NCBI GenBank assembly: GCA_031409655.1
Contig: JANNXQ010000071.1
Coordinates: forward strand, 1 to 36,578
Direction: 5' to 3'
DNA from: Chthoniobacteraceae bacterium
Lineage (GTDB): Bacteria; Verrucomicrobiota; Verrucomicrobiia; Chthoniobacterales; Chthoniobacteraceae
DNA: 36,578 bases
Both the position numbers and the translations under genes were made by a program. Shown in pieces: positions 16,422 through 26,916 of the stretch. Position 1 is the stretch's first letter. Each line of letters starts with the position of its first letter. The notes below the pieces were generated by a model. That model saw nothing but the letters and a program-made list of their open reading frames with translations. It made no database searches and was not told the origin of the DNA.

Positions 16422-17792
16422 TTACTTCGCGAGGTCGTAGCAGAGGAGCCAGCCTTCATCGCGGAGATAGAGCCGCCGATCCGCGAGCACCGGCGACGCC
16501 CAGCAGGGATGGCCGAGCTTCGGCACCTGCCAGCGCGCGAGTTCTTCGAGCTTCTCGGGATTCACTTTGAAGAGCCCGAGCAGACCTGCTTCGCCGAGCG
16601 CGATCAGCTTTCCCTCCGCCAGCACCGCGCTGCCGCGACCGAAGACTTTGGGTTCACTGCCGACCTCGACTTTGCCCTGACCGCCCTTGGGCCAGGCTTC
16701 GCTGCGGTCCCACTTCACCTTGCCCGTCGCGAATTCCACGCAGCGGAAATGCGCGTCGGGTTCATTGCGTCCGGAGAAGGAGTAGAGGTGGCCGCCCGTG
16801 AGCACGGGGCGCGTCCAGTGGATCTCGAGCTGCGTGCCGGCCCACACGTCATCGACGCCTTTGCCATCCGGTCGCACGCGGAGCAGCACCGAGCCGCCGC
16901 GATAGTAGGCGGTGGAGAGAAAGATGGTGTCGCCCTCGACCACGGGCGTCATCGCGTTCACTGATTCATTCTGCCGCGCCCGGAACCAGCGGGAAAAATT
17001 GTGCCGTCCCGTTTTCGGATCGAGCGAGATGAGGCCCTGACGCGTGACCGTGAGCAGGTGCCGCTGACCGTGGAAGGTCGCGAGCACCGGGGTGCAGTAG
17101 CTCCCTTGCTTTTCAAAAGCGGGATCGGCGCGGCTCCAGGTGACGAGCCGTTCGCCGGGCCAGCCGAGCATCGGCAGACCGGTCCAGGTGCGTTCGCCGC
17201 CGTTCTGCCAGAGGGTGCGTCCGGTCTTGGCATCGAAGGCCACAACCGCGGCATTCGGCTGGCCGCCGACTTGCACGAAGACGATGCCGTCTTCGAGGAT
17301 CGGTGAACTTCCCGCGCCGAAGAAAGCCTCCGGCACTTCAAACTCGCGTGCCGTATCGCGCCGCCAGATCTGCTTGCCCGTGGCGAAGTCGAGGCACACC
17401 AGCACGCCTTCCGCGCCGAGCGTGTAGCAGCGATCGGCAGTGAGCAGCGGCGTGCAGCGCGGGCCGTTGTTGTAGCCAAATGGGTCGCGATACGCCGAGG
17501 GATACGCGTGCTTCCATTTCGTCGCGCCGGTGGCCGCGTCGCAGGCCTCGACGATCTCTTCATCGCCCACGCGATGATGCACGACCATCACGCCCCCGCG
17601 CACCGAGGGCGCGCTGTAGCCCGCGCCCACCTGCTTTTCAAAGACGAGCTTCGGCCCACCCGGCGGGAACTTTTCGAGCAGCCCGGTCTCGCTGGAAATC
17701 TGATCGCGCGTCGGCCCCATGAATTCCGGCCAGTCCCCGGCGAACGCGGAGATCGAGAGGAACAAGGCGAAAGCAAGCGAGGGAAGACGCAT
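16422..17792 (-). CDS. PQQ-like beta-propeller repeat protein (BamB/PQQ_2-like), exported
   Basis: Signal peptide then DWPEFMGPTRD; repeated DxxTGxxxW; C-terminal WASPVLADRRLYLRD. Confidence 0.9.
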   Translation of the reverse strand: MRLPSLAFALFLSISAFAGDWPEFMGPTRDQISSETGLLEKFPPGGPKLVFEKQVGAGYSAPSVRGGVMVVHHRVGDEEIVEACDAATGATKWKHAYPSAYRDPFGYNNGPRCTPLLTADRCYTLGAEGVLVCLDFATGKQIWRRDTAREFEVPEAFFGAGSSPILEDGIVFVQVGGQPNAAVVAFDAKTGRTLWQNGGERTWTGLPMLGWPGERLVTWSRADPAFEKQGSYCTPVLATFHGQRHLLTVTRQGLISLDPKTGRHNFSRWFRARQNESVNAMTPVVEGDTIFLSTAYYRGGSVLLRVRPDGKGVDDVWAGTQLEIHWTRPVLTGGHLYSFSGRNEPDAHFRCVEFATGKVKWDRSEAWPKGGQGKVEVGSEPKVFGRGSAVLAEGKLIALGEAGLLGLFKVNPEKLEELARWQVPKLGHPCWASPVLADRRLYLRDEGWLLCYDLAK

Positions 17793-17875
17793 GGCGAAGG
17801 GACTGTGCCGGCTCGCGCCACGCGTGGCAACCCGCTCGCGAGTCCGCCAGGGGCTTAGTTTCCCGGAGCCCGCTT

Positions 17876-17964
17876 TTTTAAAACGCAGAGACGCAGAGAC
17901 GCAGAGGATAGAACTTTTTTCTGCTCTCCGCGTCCTCTGCGCCTTCGCGTCTCGGCGTTTAAAA
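17876..17964. repeat. Palindrome with 8-nt periodic arms (ACGCAGAG x3 / inverted degenerate copy) between divergent genes
   Basis: tttaaa acgcagag acgcagag acgcagag ... ctctccgcgtcctctgcgccttcgcgtctcggcgtttaaaa. Confidence 0.85.
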
Positions 17965-18053
17965 TACCCAAGCCTCGACCTCAGCGTGAGCCAATGGCCC
18001 CGAGTCCACGCCATTGCCCGCGATCCGGCAGCGTGCCTTACTCATCCGCCCGC

Positions 18054-21000
18054 ATGAAGCTCGTCACCTTCCTCTCGCTCCTCGCGCTAACGGCCCCGCT
18101 CCTCGCGGAGGAAAAGCGCGGTGATACGCCAGACGCGCCAGACGCGCCACCTTCCACGCCTGCCGAGCAACTCGCGCAGTTCCATGTCCCGCCCGGATTT
18201 GAGGTCCAACTCGTGGCCGCGGAACCCGAAATCCAGAAGCCGATCAATCTCAACTTCGACGCCGCCGGCCGACTCTGGGTGAGCGGCTCCGAGCTGTATC
18301 CGTGGCCCGCGCGCACCGACGCGAAGGGCCAGCCGATCCCCGGTTTCGACAAGACCTGGGAGGAAATGACGAGTGCCTTCCGCGTCGGCGATCAAGCGCC
18401 AGAGCCGCCGCCCGTCGGACGCGACACTGTGCGCATTCTCAGCGACTTCGCGCCCGATGGTCGCGCGCGCAAGATCGTCACTTTCGCCGACAATCTGAAC
18501 ATCCCCACTGGCCTCCAGCCGCTCCCGCGCAAGCCCGGGGCAAAAGGCGAAACCGCGATCGTCTTTTCCATCCCCAATATTTGGCGCATGGAAGACACCG
18601 ACGGCGACGGCCACGCCGACCAACGCGAACCGCTCTACGAAGGCTTCAGCTTCACCGACACCCACGGCATGTCGTCGAACTATCTCTACTGGATCGACGG
18701 CTGGATCTACGGCTGCCACGGCTTCCGCAATCGCAGCGAGGTCAAAGATCGCACGGGCCGCGTGACCGTTTTCGACAGCGGCAATACCTATCGTTTCCGC
18801 CCCGATGGTTCGCAGATCGAATCTTACACCCACGGCCAGACGAATCCCTTCGGCCTGACTGTCGATCCGCTCGGAAATTTCTTCAGCGCCGACTCGCACT
18901 CGAAGCCCGTGATGCTGCTCATTCGCGGCGGCTACTACGCCGGCATCGGCAAACAGCACGACGGCCTCGGCTTCGCGCCCACGATCACCGACGACGACCA
19001 CGGATCGAGTGGCATCGCCGGCATCGCCTACTACGCCGACGACAAATTTCCCGAGGAATATCGCGGCAATCTTTTCAACGGAAACCCCGTCACCCGCCGC
19101 ATCAATCGCGACCGCCTCGAATGGCACGGCTCGACGCCCAAGGCGATCCGCATGCCGGATTTCCTGACCTGCGACGACCCCTGGTTCCGCCCCGTGCAGG
19201 TGAAGCTCGGCCCCGACGGCGCCCTCTGGATCGCGGACTTTTACAACCCGATCATCGGCCACTACGAAGTCCCCCTCACCGACCCGCGCCGCGATCATCG
19301 TCACGGCCGCATCTGGCGCATCGTGTGGAAAGGAGAAGGCGCGCGGGCCGAAGTTCCGGGGAGCGCGCCCGTCCCGGGCGCGGGCGTCGGCGCCCCGCCG
19401 CCGCGAACTTCCGAAGGCCAGCGACCGCAGGATGAACGCACGAATGCCGACCCGTCTCCGGAAGTCCGTCCCGGCGAGACGCCGCGACCAGCGGCCGAGA
19501 CGGGCGCGCTCCCCGAAGCCCTGCCCGACCTCACGACGCTGGACGCGAAAGCCCTGATCGAAAAACTCGGCGACGCAAACATCACGACGCGGACGCTGGC
19601 GACGAATGAATTGGTGGAGCGGGTGGGGAAGCAGACTGCCTCGACGCTGCACTCCATTTTCACGAGCGGTCATCCCTGGTTGGCGACCGTCAATCGTGCC
19701 GCTCCCATTCCGGAAGCTCCGGCGATTCAGCGCGTCCACGCGATGTGGGCGCTGGCGAGAATCGGCGGGTTGAATTCGTTGGCGGTCTCGATGTTTTCGC
19801 ACTCGGCCAAAAGCAATGCGCCGCTGCTCCTGCGCGCGCATCTCGCACATGAGCTCGCCGATCGTGAGGAATGGCATATGGGCGACGTCGAGACTATGGA
19901 CGGCATGCTGGACGACTCCGATCCGGTCGTCCTCCGCTTGGCGGCGACTGGCACGCGGTTGCCGAACATCGGGACGGTGAAAAAACTACTCGATCATCTT
20001 GCACAGGCAGCACGCGATGACCGCCAGCTGGCGCACGCGCTTCGCATCGCCATCCGCAACCAGCTCGCCAAGCCCCGCATCCTGAGCGGGATCGCCGCGA
20101 GCAACTCGCTGGACGTTCCCGCTCGCGAAACCCTTGCCGACGTGTCGCTCGCCGTAAATTCATCCGACTCCGCCACTTTCCTCCTCGCGCATCTCGGACG
20201 CACCAAACTCGCCACGCCGCGCGCGGGCGAATACCTGCGGCACGCGGTCCTGCACCTGCCAGAAGGAAAGCTCGGTGCCGTGAGCGCGCTGCTCCAGCCG
20301 CTCGCCGACGCGCCGCTCTCGCCGCGACTCGCGCTCGCCGATGGCCTCGGGCAGGCCGCGCGGGAGCGTGGTTGGAAGCTGCCGGATGAGCTCGCTTTGT
20401 GGATGCAGCGGACACTACTCGCCGCGCTCGAAAGCCCCGACGCACCGCTCGCCGACCGCGCCATCGCGGCACTGCGCGAGACAACGTCGCCGGAAAAATT
20501 TGAACCGCTTCGCCGGATGGTTCTCGATCCGCAATCCGCCGGGCCGCGTCGCGCCGCCGCGCTCGAAGCGGCGTGGAATCTCGCTGGCGGTCCTGAACTC
20601 GCCCTGCAATCGCTTGCCGAGCCCACGTCGCTTCCGCTGCGCAAGAAAGCCGCTGAACTCCTGGGCCGCACTCCGGGCGACTCCGCTCGCGCGGCCATGC
20701 TTGGCGCCCTCCCCACCGCACCGACAGAGCTCGCCATTGCGCTCGCGGCTTCACTCGCGAAGACAGATGCCGATTTTACCGCGCTGCTGGATTTACTCGA
20801 AGCCGGCAAAGCCTCACCTGGGCCGCTGCGCAATCGCCTCATCGCGATCCTGGTTGCGGGCCGCGCCGCCCCTTTGCGTGCGCGCGCCGCAGCGCTCACC
20901 AAAGACCTCCCGCCCGAAGACGCGCGGCTCGACAAGGTGATCGCCGAGTGCGCCGAGACTTTTCGCAAAGCGAAGCCCGACGCCACGCACGGCGCGCAAG

Positions 21001-21386
21001 TCTTCCAGCAGCACTGCGCCGGCTGCCATCGCTTCCGCAACGCGGGCGGCAACGTGGGGCCGAACCTCGACGGCGTTGCTGCGCGGGGCGTACAGCGGCT
21101 CGTCGAAGACATCCTCGACCCGAATCGCAACGTCGATCCGGCCTTTCATCAGACAGTCATTGAGACGAATGCCGGGCAGATATTTTTCGGAGCAAACCTG
21201 CGCGACGATGGATCGGCGATCACCTTGACCGACGCCGCGGGCAAAGACGCCGCCTTCGCCAAAGCGGACGTGAAGTCCCGCACGGCGTCGAAGTTTTCGC
21301 TGATGCCGCCGGGCTTCGAGAGCCTGATCGCGCCGGTGGATTTCCAGGATCTTCTCGCCTACCTCCTCGAGGCTGGGGTGCCTTGA
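18054..21386 (+). CDS. PVC-type heme-binding CxxCH protein (dehydrogenase-like propeller, helical repeats, cytochrome c)
   Basis: Signal peptide; VPPGFEVQLVAAEP, GPDGALWIADFY, HGRIWRI; C-terminal CAGCH, GPNLDG, ILDPNR, SLMP. Confidence 0.92.
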   Translation: MKLVTFLSLLALTAPLLAEEKRGDTPDAPDAPPSTPAEQLAQFHVPPGFEVQLVAAEPEIQKPINLNFDAAGRLWVSGSELYPWPARTDAKGQPIPGFDKTWEEMTSAFRVGDQAPEPPPVGRDTVRILSDFAPDGRARKIVTFADNLNIPTGLQPLPRKPGAKGETAIVFSIPNIWRMEDTDGDGHADQREPLYEGFSFTDTHGMSSNYLYWIDGWIYGCHGFRNRSEVKDRTGRVTVFDSGNTYRFRPDGSQIESYTHGQTNPFGLTVDPLGNFFSADSHSKPVMLLIRGGYYAGIGKQHDGLGFAPTITDDDHGSSGIAGIAYYADDKFPEEYRGNLFNGNPVTRRINRDRLEWHGSTPKAIRMPDFLTCDDPWFRPVQVKLGPDGALWIADFYNPIIGHYEVPLTDPRRDHRHGRIWRIVWKGEGARAEVPGSAPVPGAGVGAPPPRTSEGQRPQDERTNADPSPEVRPGETPRPAAETGALPEALPDLTTLDAKALIEKLGDANITTRTLATNELVERVGKQTASTLHSIFTSGHPWLATVNRAAPIPEAPAIQRVHAMWALARIGGLNSLAVSMFSHSAKSNAPLLLRAHLAHELADREEWHMGDVETMDGMLDDSDPVVLRLAATGTRLPNIGTVKKLLDHLAQAARDDRQLAHALRIAIRNQLAKPRILSGIAASNSLDVPARETLADVSLAVNSSDSATFLLAHLGRTKLATPRAGEYLRHAVLHLPEGKLGAVSALLQPLADAPLSPRLALADGLGQAARERGWKLPDELALWMQRTLLAALESPDAPLADRAIAALRETTSPEKFEPLRRMVLDPQSAGPRRAAALEAAWNLAGGPELALQSLAEPTSLPLRKKAAELLGRTPGDSARAAMLGALPTAPTELAIALAASLAKTDADFTALLDLLEAGKASPGPLRNRLIAILVAGRAAPLRARAAALTKDLPPEDARLDKVIAECAETFRKAKPDATHGAQVFQQHCAGCHRFRNAGGNVGPNLDGVAARGVQRLVEDILDPNRNVDPAFHQTVIETNAGQIFFGANLRDDGSAITLTDAAGKDAAFAKADVKSRTASKFSLMPPGFESLIAPVDFQDLLAYLLEAGVP
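19357..19515. repeat. 159-bp palindromic element (57-bp arms) inserted in frame in the heme-protein gene
   Basis: Arms 19357-19413 and 19459-19515 match 45/57 ungapped as inverted repeats, with the outer 17 bp perfect (cggggagcgcgcccgtc). Confidence 0.85.
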
Positions 21387-21428
21387 ATTGCTCCTCCGGG
21401 ATGCCTTCACGAACGCGACGATGCATTC

Positions 21429-21451
21429 AAAAAGCTCCCTCATTCGGGAGC
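21429..21451 (-). terminator. Probable intrinsic terminator
   Basis: Minus strand GCTCCC-GAATGA-GGGAGC-TTTTT, 7 nt after the stop at 21459. Confidence 0.6.
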
Positions 21452-21458
21452 GCGCCGG

Positions 21459-24400
21459 CTACTTCCCGGTGCTGCGAAGGTAGGCGATGAGGTCGCGGAC
21501 TTCGCGGTCGCTGTGGGGCGTGAGCAGGCCCTCGGGCATCATCGAAAATTCGGAGATGGTCGTGGTCTTGATCTCCGCGTGGGGGAGCGTGAGCGTTTCG
21601 TTGGGCGTCACGACGGTCACGATTTTCGGGTCCTGTTGATTGGCCACGCCAACGAGGACGCGACCATCCTTCAGCTCGATGCTCGATGTGCGGTAGGCAT
21701 TCGGGATCTCAGCATTCGGATCGAGGATGTTGTGCAGCAGGTAGTCGAGGTCGGCGCGATTCGAGCCTGTGAGGTCGGGGCCGATCTTGCCGCCCGCGCC
21801 GAAGAGCGTGTGGCACGCGGCGCAGGTGCGCTCGTAGATCGCGCGGCCATTCACCGCGTCGGCTTTCGGCAGCGACTTGTTTTCGACGAGCGCTTTGTAT
21901 TTCTCGCGCGCCGCGATTTTGTCGGCGGTGGCTTCGCGCGCCACGCCCCAGGATTTGTCGAGCAGGGCGTTGAGGTCGGGATCGTTGAAGCCGCGGATCT
22001 GGCGGGCGATCTCGGCGGAGAGATCGCGAGCGGGGATGCGCTGTGCTTCGATGGCTGCGAGCAGCGGGCGGGCGAAAGCGGCGCGCGATGCGAGAGTGAG
22101 GAGCGCGTCGCGTTTCTCCGCCTCGCCGAGCTGCGGGTAGACGGCGAGGACGGCGTCGGGCGTCTGCGGTTCGGCGTAAGCGGCGAGTCCGCGCAGGGCA
22201 GCGGCGCGGAGTGCGGGCTTGGCGAGGAATTGGAGCAGGAGCGGCGGGAGCGCGCGGTCCTGCACGTTCAACAAGGCGTCGAGCGCGCGCAGACGGTCGG
22301 CGGAGGGAGCGGTGGAATCCGCGAGCGTCTGGTGCGAAGCGGCGAGCGCGCTCGAGCTTCCAAAGGTGAGCGAGAGCGATCGCACGAGCGGGCTGCTGAG
22401 CTTCGCCTCGATGCGCTCCCAACCGGTGGGCAGCGGCACGGTGCGCTGGCCTTTGAAGGCGGCGGCCATGCCGGTGAGCACGGCAGTCTGGCGCGGTGCG
22501 TCGTCGAGCTTCTCCAGCGCGGCTACGAGGGTGCGCAGCGCCTCGGGCGTGCCGATCGTCGCCACACGCCGTGCGGTGAACTCCGCCGTCCGCGGCAGCT
22601 TCGACTCGAGCGCGATCTTCAAGGCGCGATCCACATCGAGCGGCACGAGCGGCTCGAGGGCATACCACGCCATGAGGGGGAGATTGTGATCCGCTGCGTC
22701 CTCGGCGTGGCCGTGCAGCGCGGAGACGATCTCCCACCGTTGCGCCGGCGCGAGCCGTTGTGCCGCCGAGGCGAGGTAGAGCCGCACCACGGGAGACGAA
22801 TCGGCATACGCCATGCGCGCAAACTCTCGCAGTGCAACATCCGACGGCGCACCGTCTTCACACAGCAACTGGATCGCCCAGGCACGAACGTGTGCATTCC
22901 GGTCTTCGAGAAAGCGTGTCGCGACTGCGTCGGTAAATCCCCCTGTAGCGTGGAGCGCCCACATCCGGCGAAGCGGCCAGGTCGGAGCTAAGGCGTGCAG
23001 TCGCTCACGCGCGGCGTGAACATCCCCACTCTGCGCTCGTTCCTGCAAAATTCGACGCGCATGGCGGACCCACCAATCGTTGGCGTGCAGTTGATTCCTG
23101 GCGAGGTCGTCGCTGCTCATCTTCTGCAAGTCCACCGGCACCGTCTTCCGCTCGCCGTAGCTCACCTTGAAGATGCGCCCGTTGCTGCGGTCGTGATCCT
23201 CGGGTTTGCGAGTGTGGCACTGCTGTTTGTCGTACCAGTCGATGAGATACACGGAGTCGTCCGGCCCCATTTGCAGATCGACGATCTGCGACCACGCATC
23301 GTTGAAGCGGATGAAGTCCTCGCCGTGTTTCCCGACGTAGCCGCTGCCGCGCGGTTCGAGCACGTCCATGTTGATCCGCGCGCCGTGGATGTTGTTCATG
23401 AACGCCGCACCGCGGTACTGCTGCGGCCACGTATTGCCTAGGTAGATCATGAGCCCGGAGTGCGCGTGGCCGCCTCCCGCGGAGTCGCTGCGGTTGTTGC
23501 CCAAGTGCGGGCGGTCGCCGAGGAAGTGCGCGTGATCGGCGATCGTTTTGATGTCGTCGTACACGTTCGGATCGAAGTGCTGCCCGGCCTGCCGGTGATA
23601 GTGCGCGCCTTGCACGACGTGCCAGAGATGCGGGATCACGCAGGCCTCGATGATCGCGTGGCCGCGATCATTAAAGTCGAGCCCCCACGGATTGCTCGTG
23701 CCCTCGGCGAAGACCTCGAACTTTTTCTTCGTCGGATGAAAGCGCCAGATGCCCGCGTTGATCTTCGTCCGCGCTTCCTCCGCGGTGCCGGGCGCGCCCA
23801 CCGCGCTGTGCGTGAAGACGCCGTGGCAGCCGTAGAGCCAGCCGTCCGGTCCCCAGCGGAAAGTATTCAGCGTCTCGTGCGTATCGCCGAAGCCCCAGCC
23901 ATCGAGCAGCACCTGCGGCGGGCCGGCGGGTTTCGGTTCATCGCCATCCTGCACGGGGATGAAAGTGAGCGTCGGCGCCGCACCGATCCACACCCCGCCA
24001 AACCCGAGTTCGATTCCGCTCACCAGATTCAGCCCCTCGATGAAGACCGTGCGTTTGTCGAAGCGTCCGTCACCATCGTTGTCCGCAAAGACGAGGATGC
24101 GATCCTTCCCCTGACCTTCCGGCTGCCGCACGGGATACGCATAGGCCTCGACGACCCAGAGCCGTCCGCGATCGTCGGTGGCGAAAGCGATCGTCGGTGG
24201 CGAAAGCGATCGGCTGCTTCACGTCGGGCTCGCCGGCGAAAAGCGTCGCGCGGAAGCCAGGCGGGAGCGTCATCTCCTTCGCGGCCTGCTCCGGCGGGAG
24301 GCCAGCGAATTTGAAGGCGTCGGTCGGCGCGAGCACGCTCTTCGCCGGTGCCGGCGCGGCCTCGAGGACGGGCTTCTTTTCGTGAAAGCGGAAGTCGTCG

Positions 24401-26196
24401 AAATTGAGGTGCCCCCAGCCGGGGCTGAGTTCATCGACGACGCGGATGAAAATCTCGCGCCCCTGCTGCGCCGCGAGATCGACGACGACCGGCTGCATCG
24501 TCTCCGAATTGCGCCCGCTCGCCGTGAAGAAAACTTCGCCGGTATCGGCGCGCACGAGTTCCACGCGCTCGCCCTTTGCGCTGCCGCCGCCGAGGCGCAT
24601 CGTGGCCCACGGATGCGTGACCTTGAAGGGCGCGGACGTGAGCGTGCCGTGCGGTTTGTCGCCAAGGAGTTCGTAGCCGCCGATCCAGTATTCGCCCTGA
24701 TGATTCGCGACTTTACCCTGACCGAATGGACGCGACGGACTGATCGGACCCTTCACTGGCTGCCCCTTAAAAGCCTCACCTGCCGCAGTCCAGTCCCGCA
24801 GCGTGCCGTCTTCAAAATCCAAGTTGAGCGGCTTCCCATCCTTGCCGAGCGGGAGCACCCCGGGCGGGAGATTCGTCGCGGGCGCCACGATGGTGCGGGA
24901 CGCCGGCTCCGCCTTGCTCTCGGCGAAGGCGGGATTCGCTTTCGGCATCCACTTCTCCCACTCCTCCTTCGTCACCGTTTGCTTCGCCTGGGTGTGGACG
25001 AAGGTGCCCTTCTTGTTGCCGATGATCACGTCGGGCAGCGCGTCGCCATTCACGTCGCCCACGACGACCTGGGTGCCGACGCCCGACACGTCGCTGATGA
25101 GATGCGGGATGAAATCGACGCCCTTCCCCCCGCGCACGAGCTGGAACCAATATGCGACCGCAGGCGCGTCGGGCTCGGGATCGCCATGGCTGCCGTGCGC
25201 CCAAAAGCGTTTGCCGGTGACGATGTCGCGGAGCCCATCGCCATCCATGTCCACGAGCTCGACTGCGTGGAGCTGCGAGAAGACGACGCCGTAGCGATTC
25301 TGCTCCGCCTTGTCGCCCATGATGAGGTGCCGGCGGAACGCGCCATCCGCGAGCCGCTCGTGCCACGCCAGCCCGTAACCATGCGCGGCGAGACTGCCAA
25401 TCACGTCGTTCCGCCCGTCGCCATTCACATCGTAGGCGTAGAATTGCGCGCCCTTCCCAAACGGCGCCGCGTGCAGCGTCCACACCGGATCGCCCGCGAG
25501 CGACGCCGGCTGCTCCCACCAGCCACCCGCTTCGATCACATCCGCGCGCCCGTCGCCATTCACATCGCCGACGCCGAGCCCGTGATTGAATTTTGTCCAC
25601 GCGCCCTTCGGCGAGATCGCGTGAAATTTCCACGGCTGCGCGGCATCGCTCGATTCCTGTTTCGCGTAGCCAAAGAAGCCGCCGGAGTTGCAGACGATCT
25701 CCGGCACACCATCGCCGTCGAGGTCCGCGAAGGTGGGCGATTCATTGTCCACCGTCTCGAAGACGATGTGCCGCTTCCAGGGCTCCTCGCGCCCCTGCGG
25801 ATTCACAAACCACGACGCCTCCTTGCCGGGGAATCTGTAGATCAGAATGTCCGTCCAGCCGTCGCCATTGAGGTCGCGGGTGAAGGCGAAAAAATTGTCC
25901 GAGTAGGCGTTCTTGATCCCGAGCGCGCCCTCGAAGCCGGGGATCGGCTGCCCCTCGCGCAGAAAAGTCTGTGTCGCCGGATAATACTCATGCCGCTGCG
26001 CAAAATCCGGCCCCGCGTACCAATACGGCCCCGCGACGATGTCCATCTTCCCATCGCGATTGAAGTCCCCGAACGTCGCGCCTTCGCACCAGAAGTGTTC
26101 GCTGAGCTGCTGCGTGGTGAAGGTGCGGATCTCGGCGGCGGGAGCGGCCAGGGTGGCGAGACCGAGGGCGAGAGCGAGGGGACGGAGGGAGTTCAT
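21459..26196 (-). pseudogene. Large PVC-type heme CxxCH protein (FG-GAP/VCBS repeats, beta-sandwich, dehydrogenase propeller, helical repeats, cytochrome c), frameshifted
   Basis: ATG 26196 with signal peptide; GDFNRDGKMD and GDVNGDG repeats; LPPGFRATLFAGEP. Removing a 19-bp duplication at 24168-24205 joins both ORFs (FATDDRGRLWVVEAYAYPVRQPEG) through to CAACH. Confidence 0.88.
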
Positions 26197-26364
26197 GGGC
26201 GGGGGATGGTGGGGCGAATGCTTCCCCGGGATAAACCCCGTCGCCGAGCATTCAAGCACGGTATTCTTCGGACATGTTTTGTTAAATATCGGCTGGAGCG
26301 AAGCGGGCCATCTCAGACGACTTCGGACTCGACTCTGCGCCATCCCGGAGTCGAATGGTGGGAT

Positions 26365-26793
26365 ATGAAATACCTCCCGACTCTTCTCGTCACCATCACC
26401 CTGATCGCGCAATCCCTCGCCGCCCCGCCGACCTGGGGCACGGACGTCAGCAAGGCCATCAGCCAGGCCACCAAGGAAAACAAGATGGGCTTCATCCTCA
26501 TGGGCCGCGAGAATTGCGGCAACTGCCAGGCCACCAAGAAGCTCATCAACGAAGGCAAGGTGAGCGTGAGTGCGGAGACCTTCGTCGTCGCGGACATCAA
26601 TACTGATGACGCGCGCGCCTCGGCAGAGTTTCAGCGCAAATTTAAGAAGGAGAAATTTGGCAACACGCTTCCCTTCGTCGTCATCACCGACGCGAAAGGC
26701 AAGCCGCTCGCCAGCTACAGCGGTTACAAGAGCGCCGACGATCTCAACGCGCTCGTCGAGGAAGCCAAAGGCAAGGCTACGGCGAAGAAGTAA
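26365..26793 (+). CDS. Exported thioredoxin-fold protein
   Basis: Signal peptide MKYLPTLLVTITLIAQSLA, CGNC motif, TLPFVVI cis-Pro loop. It is the tail of the 24178..26793 ORF. Confidence 0.85.
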   Translation: MKYLPTLLVTITLIAQSLAAPPTWGTDVSKAISQATKENKMGFILMGRENCGNCQATKKLINEGKVSVSAETFVVADINTDDARASAEFQRKFKKEKFGNTLPFVVITDAKGKPLASYSGYKSADDLNALVEEAKGKATAKK

Positions 26794-26841
26794 GAGGTCG
26801 TGGTGACCGCGGCCGCATTGAATCGCTGCGGGAGCGTGAAG

Positions 26842-26874
26842 AAAGCGGCGCGAGGACGCGCACGCACTCGAAAC
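26842..26874. repeat. Single REP-like copy (same family as 7438-7548)
   Basis: aaagcggcgcgaggacgcgcacgcactcgaaac closely matches aaagcgacgcgaggacgcaccggactccaaagc. Confidence 0.75.
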
Positions 26875-26916
26875 AGGATCCGCTACCGATACCGGAACCA
26901 GTCTCCACTTCTCCCC

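Noticed and set aside
26217..26253. ttccccgggataaaccccg resembling a type I-E CRISPR repeat, inside a GAATGCT...AGCATTC hairpin
   Set aside because: Single partial match with no array; function of the hairpin cannot be assigned.
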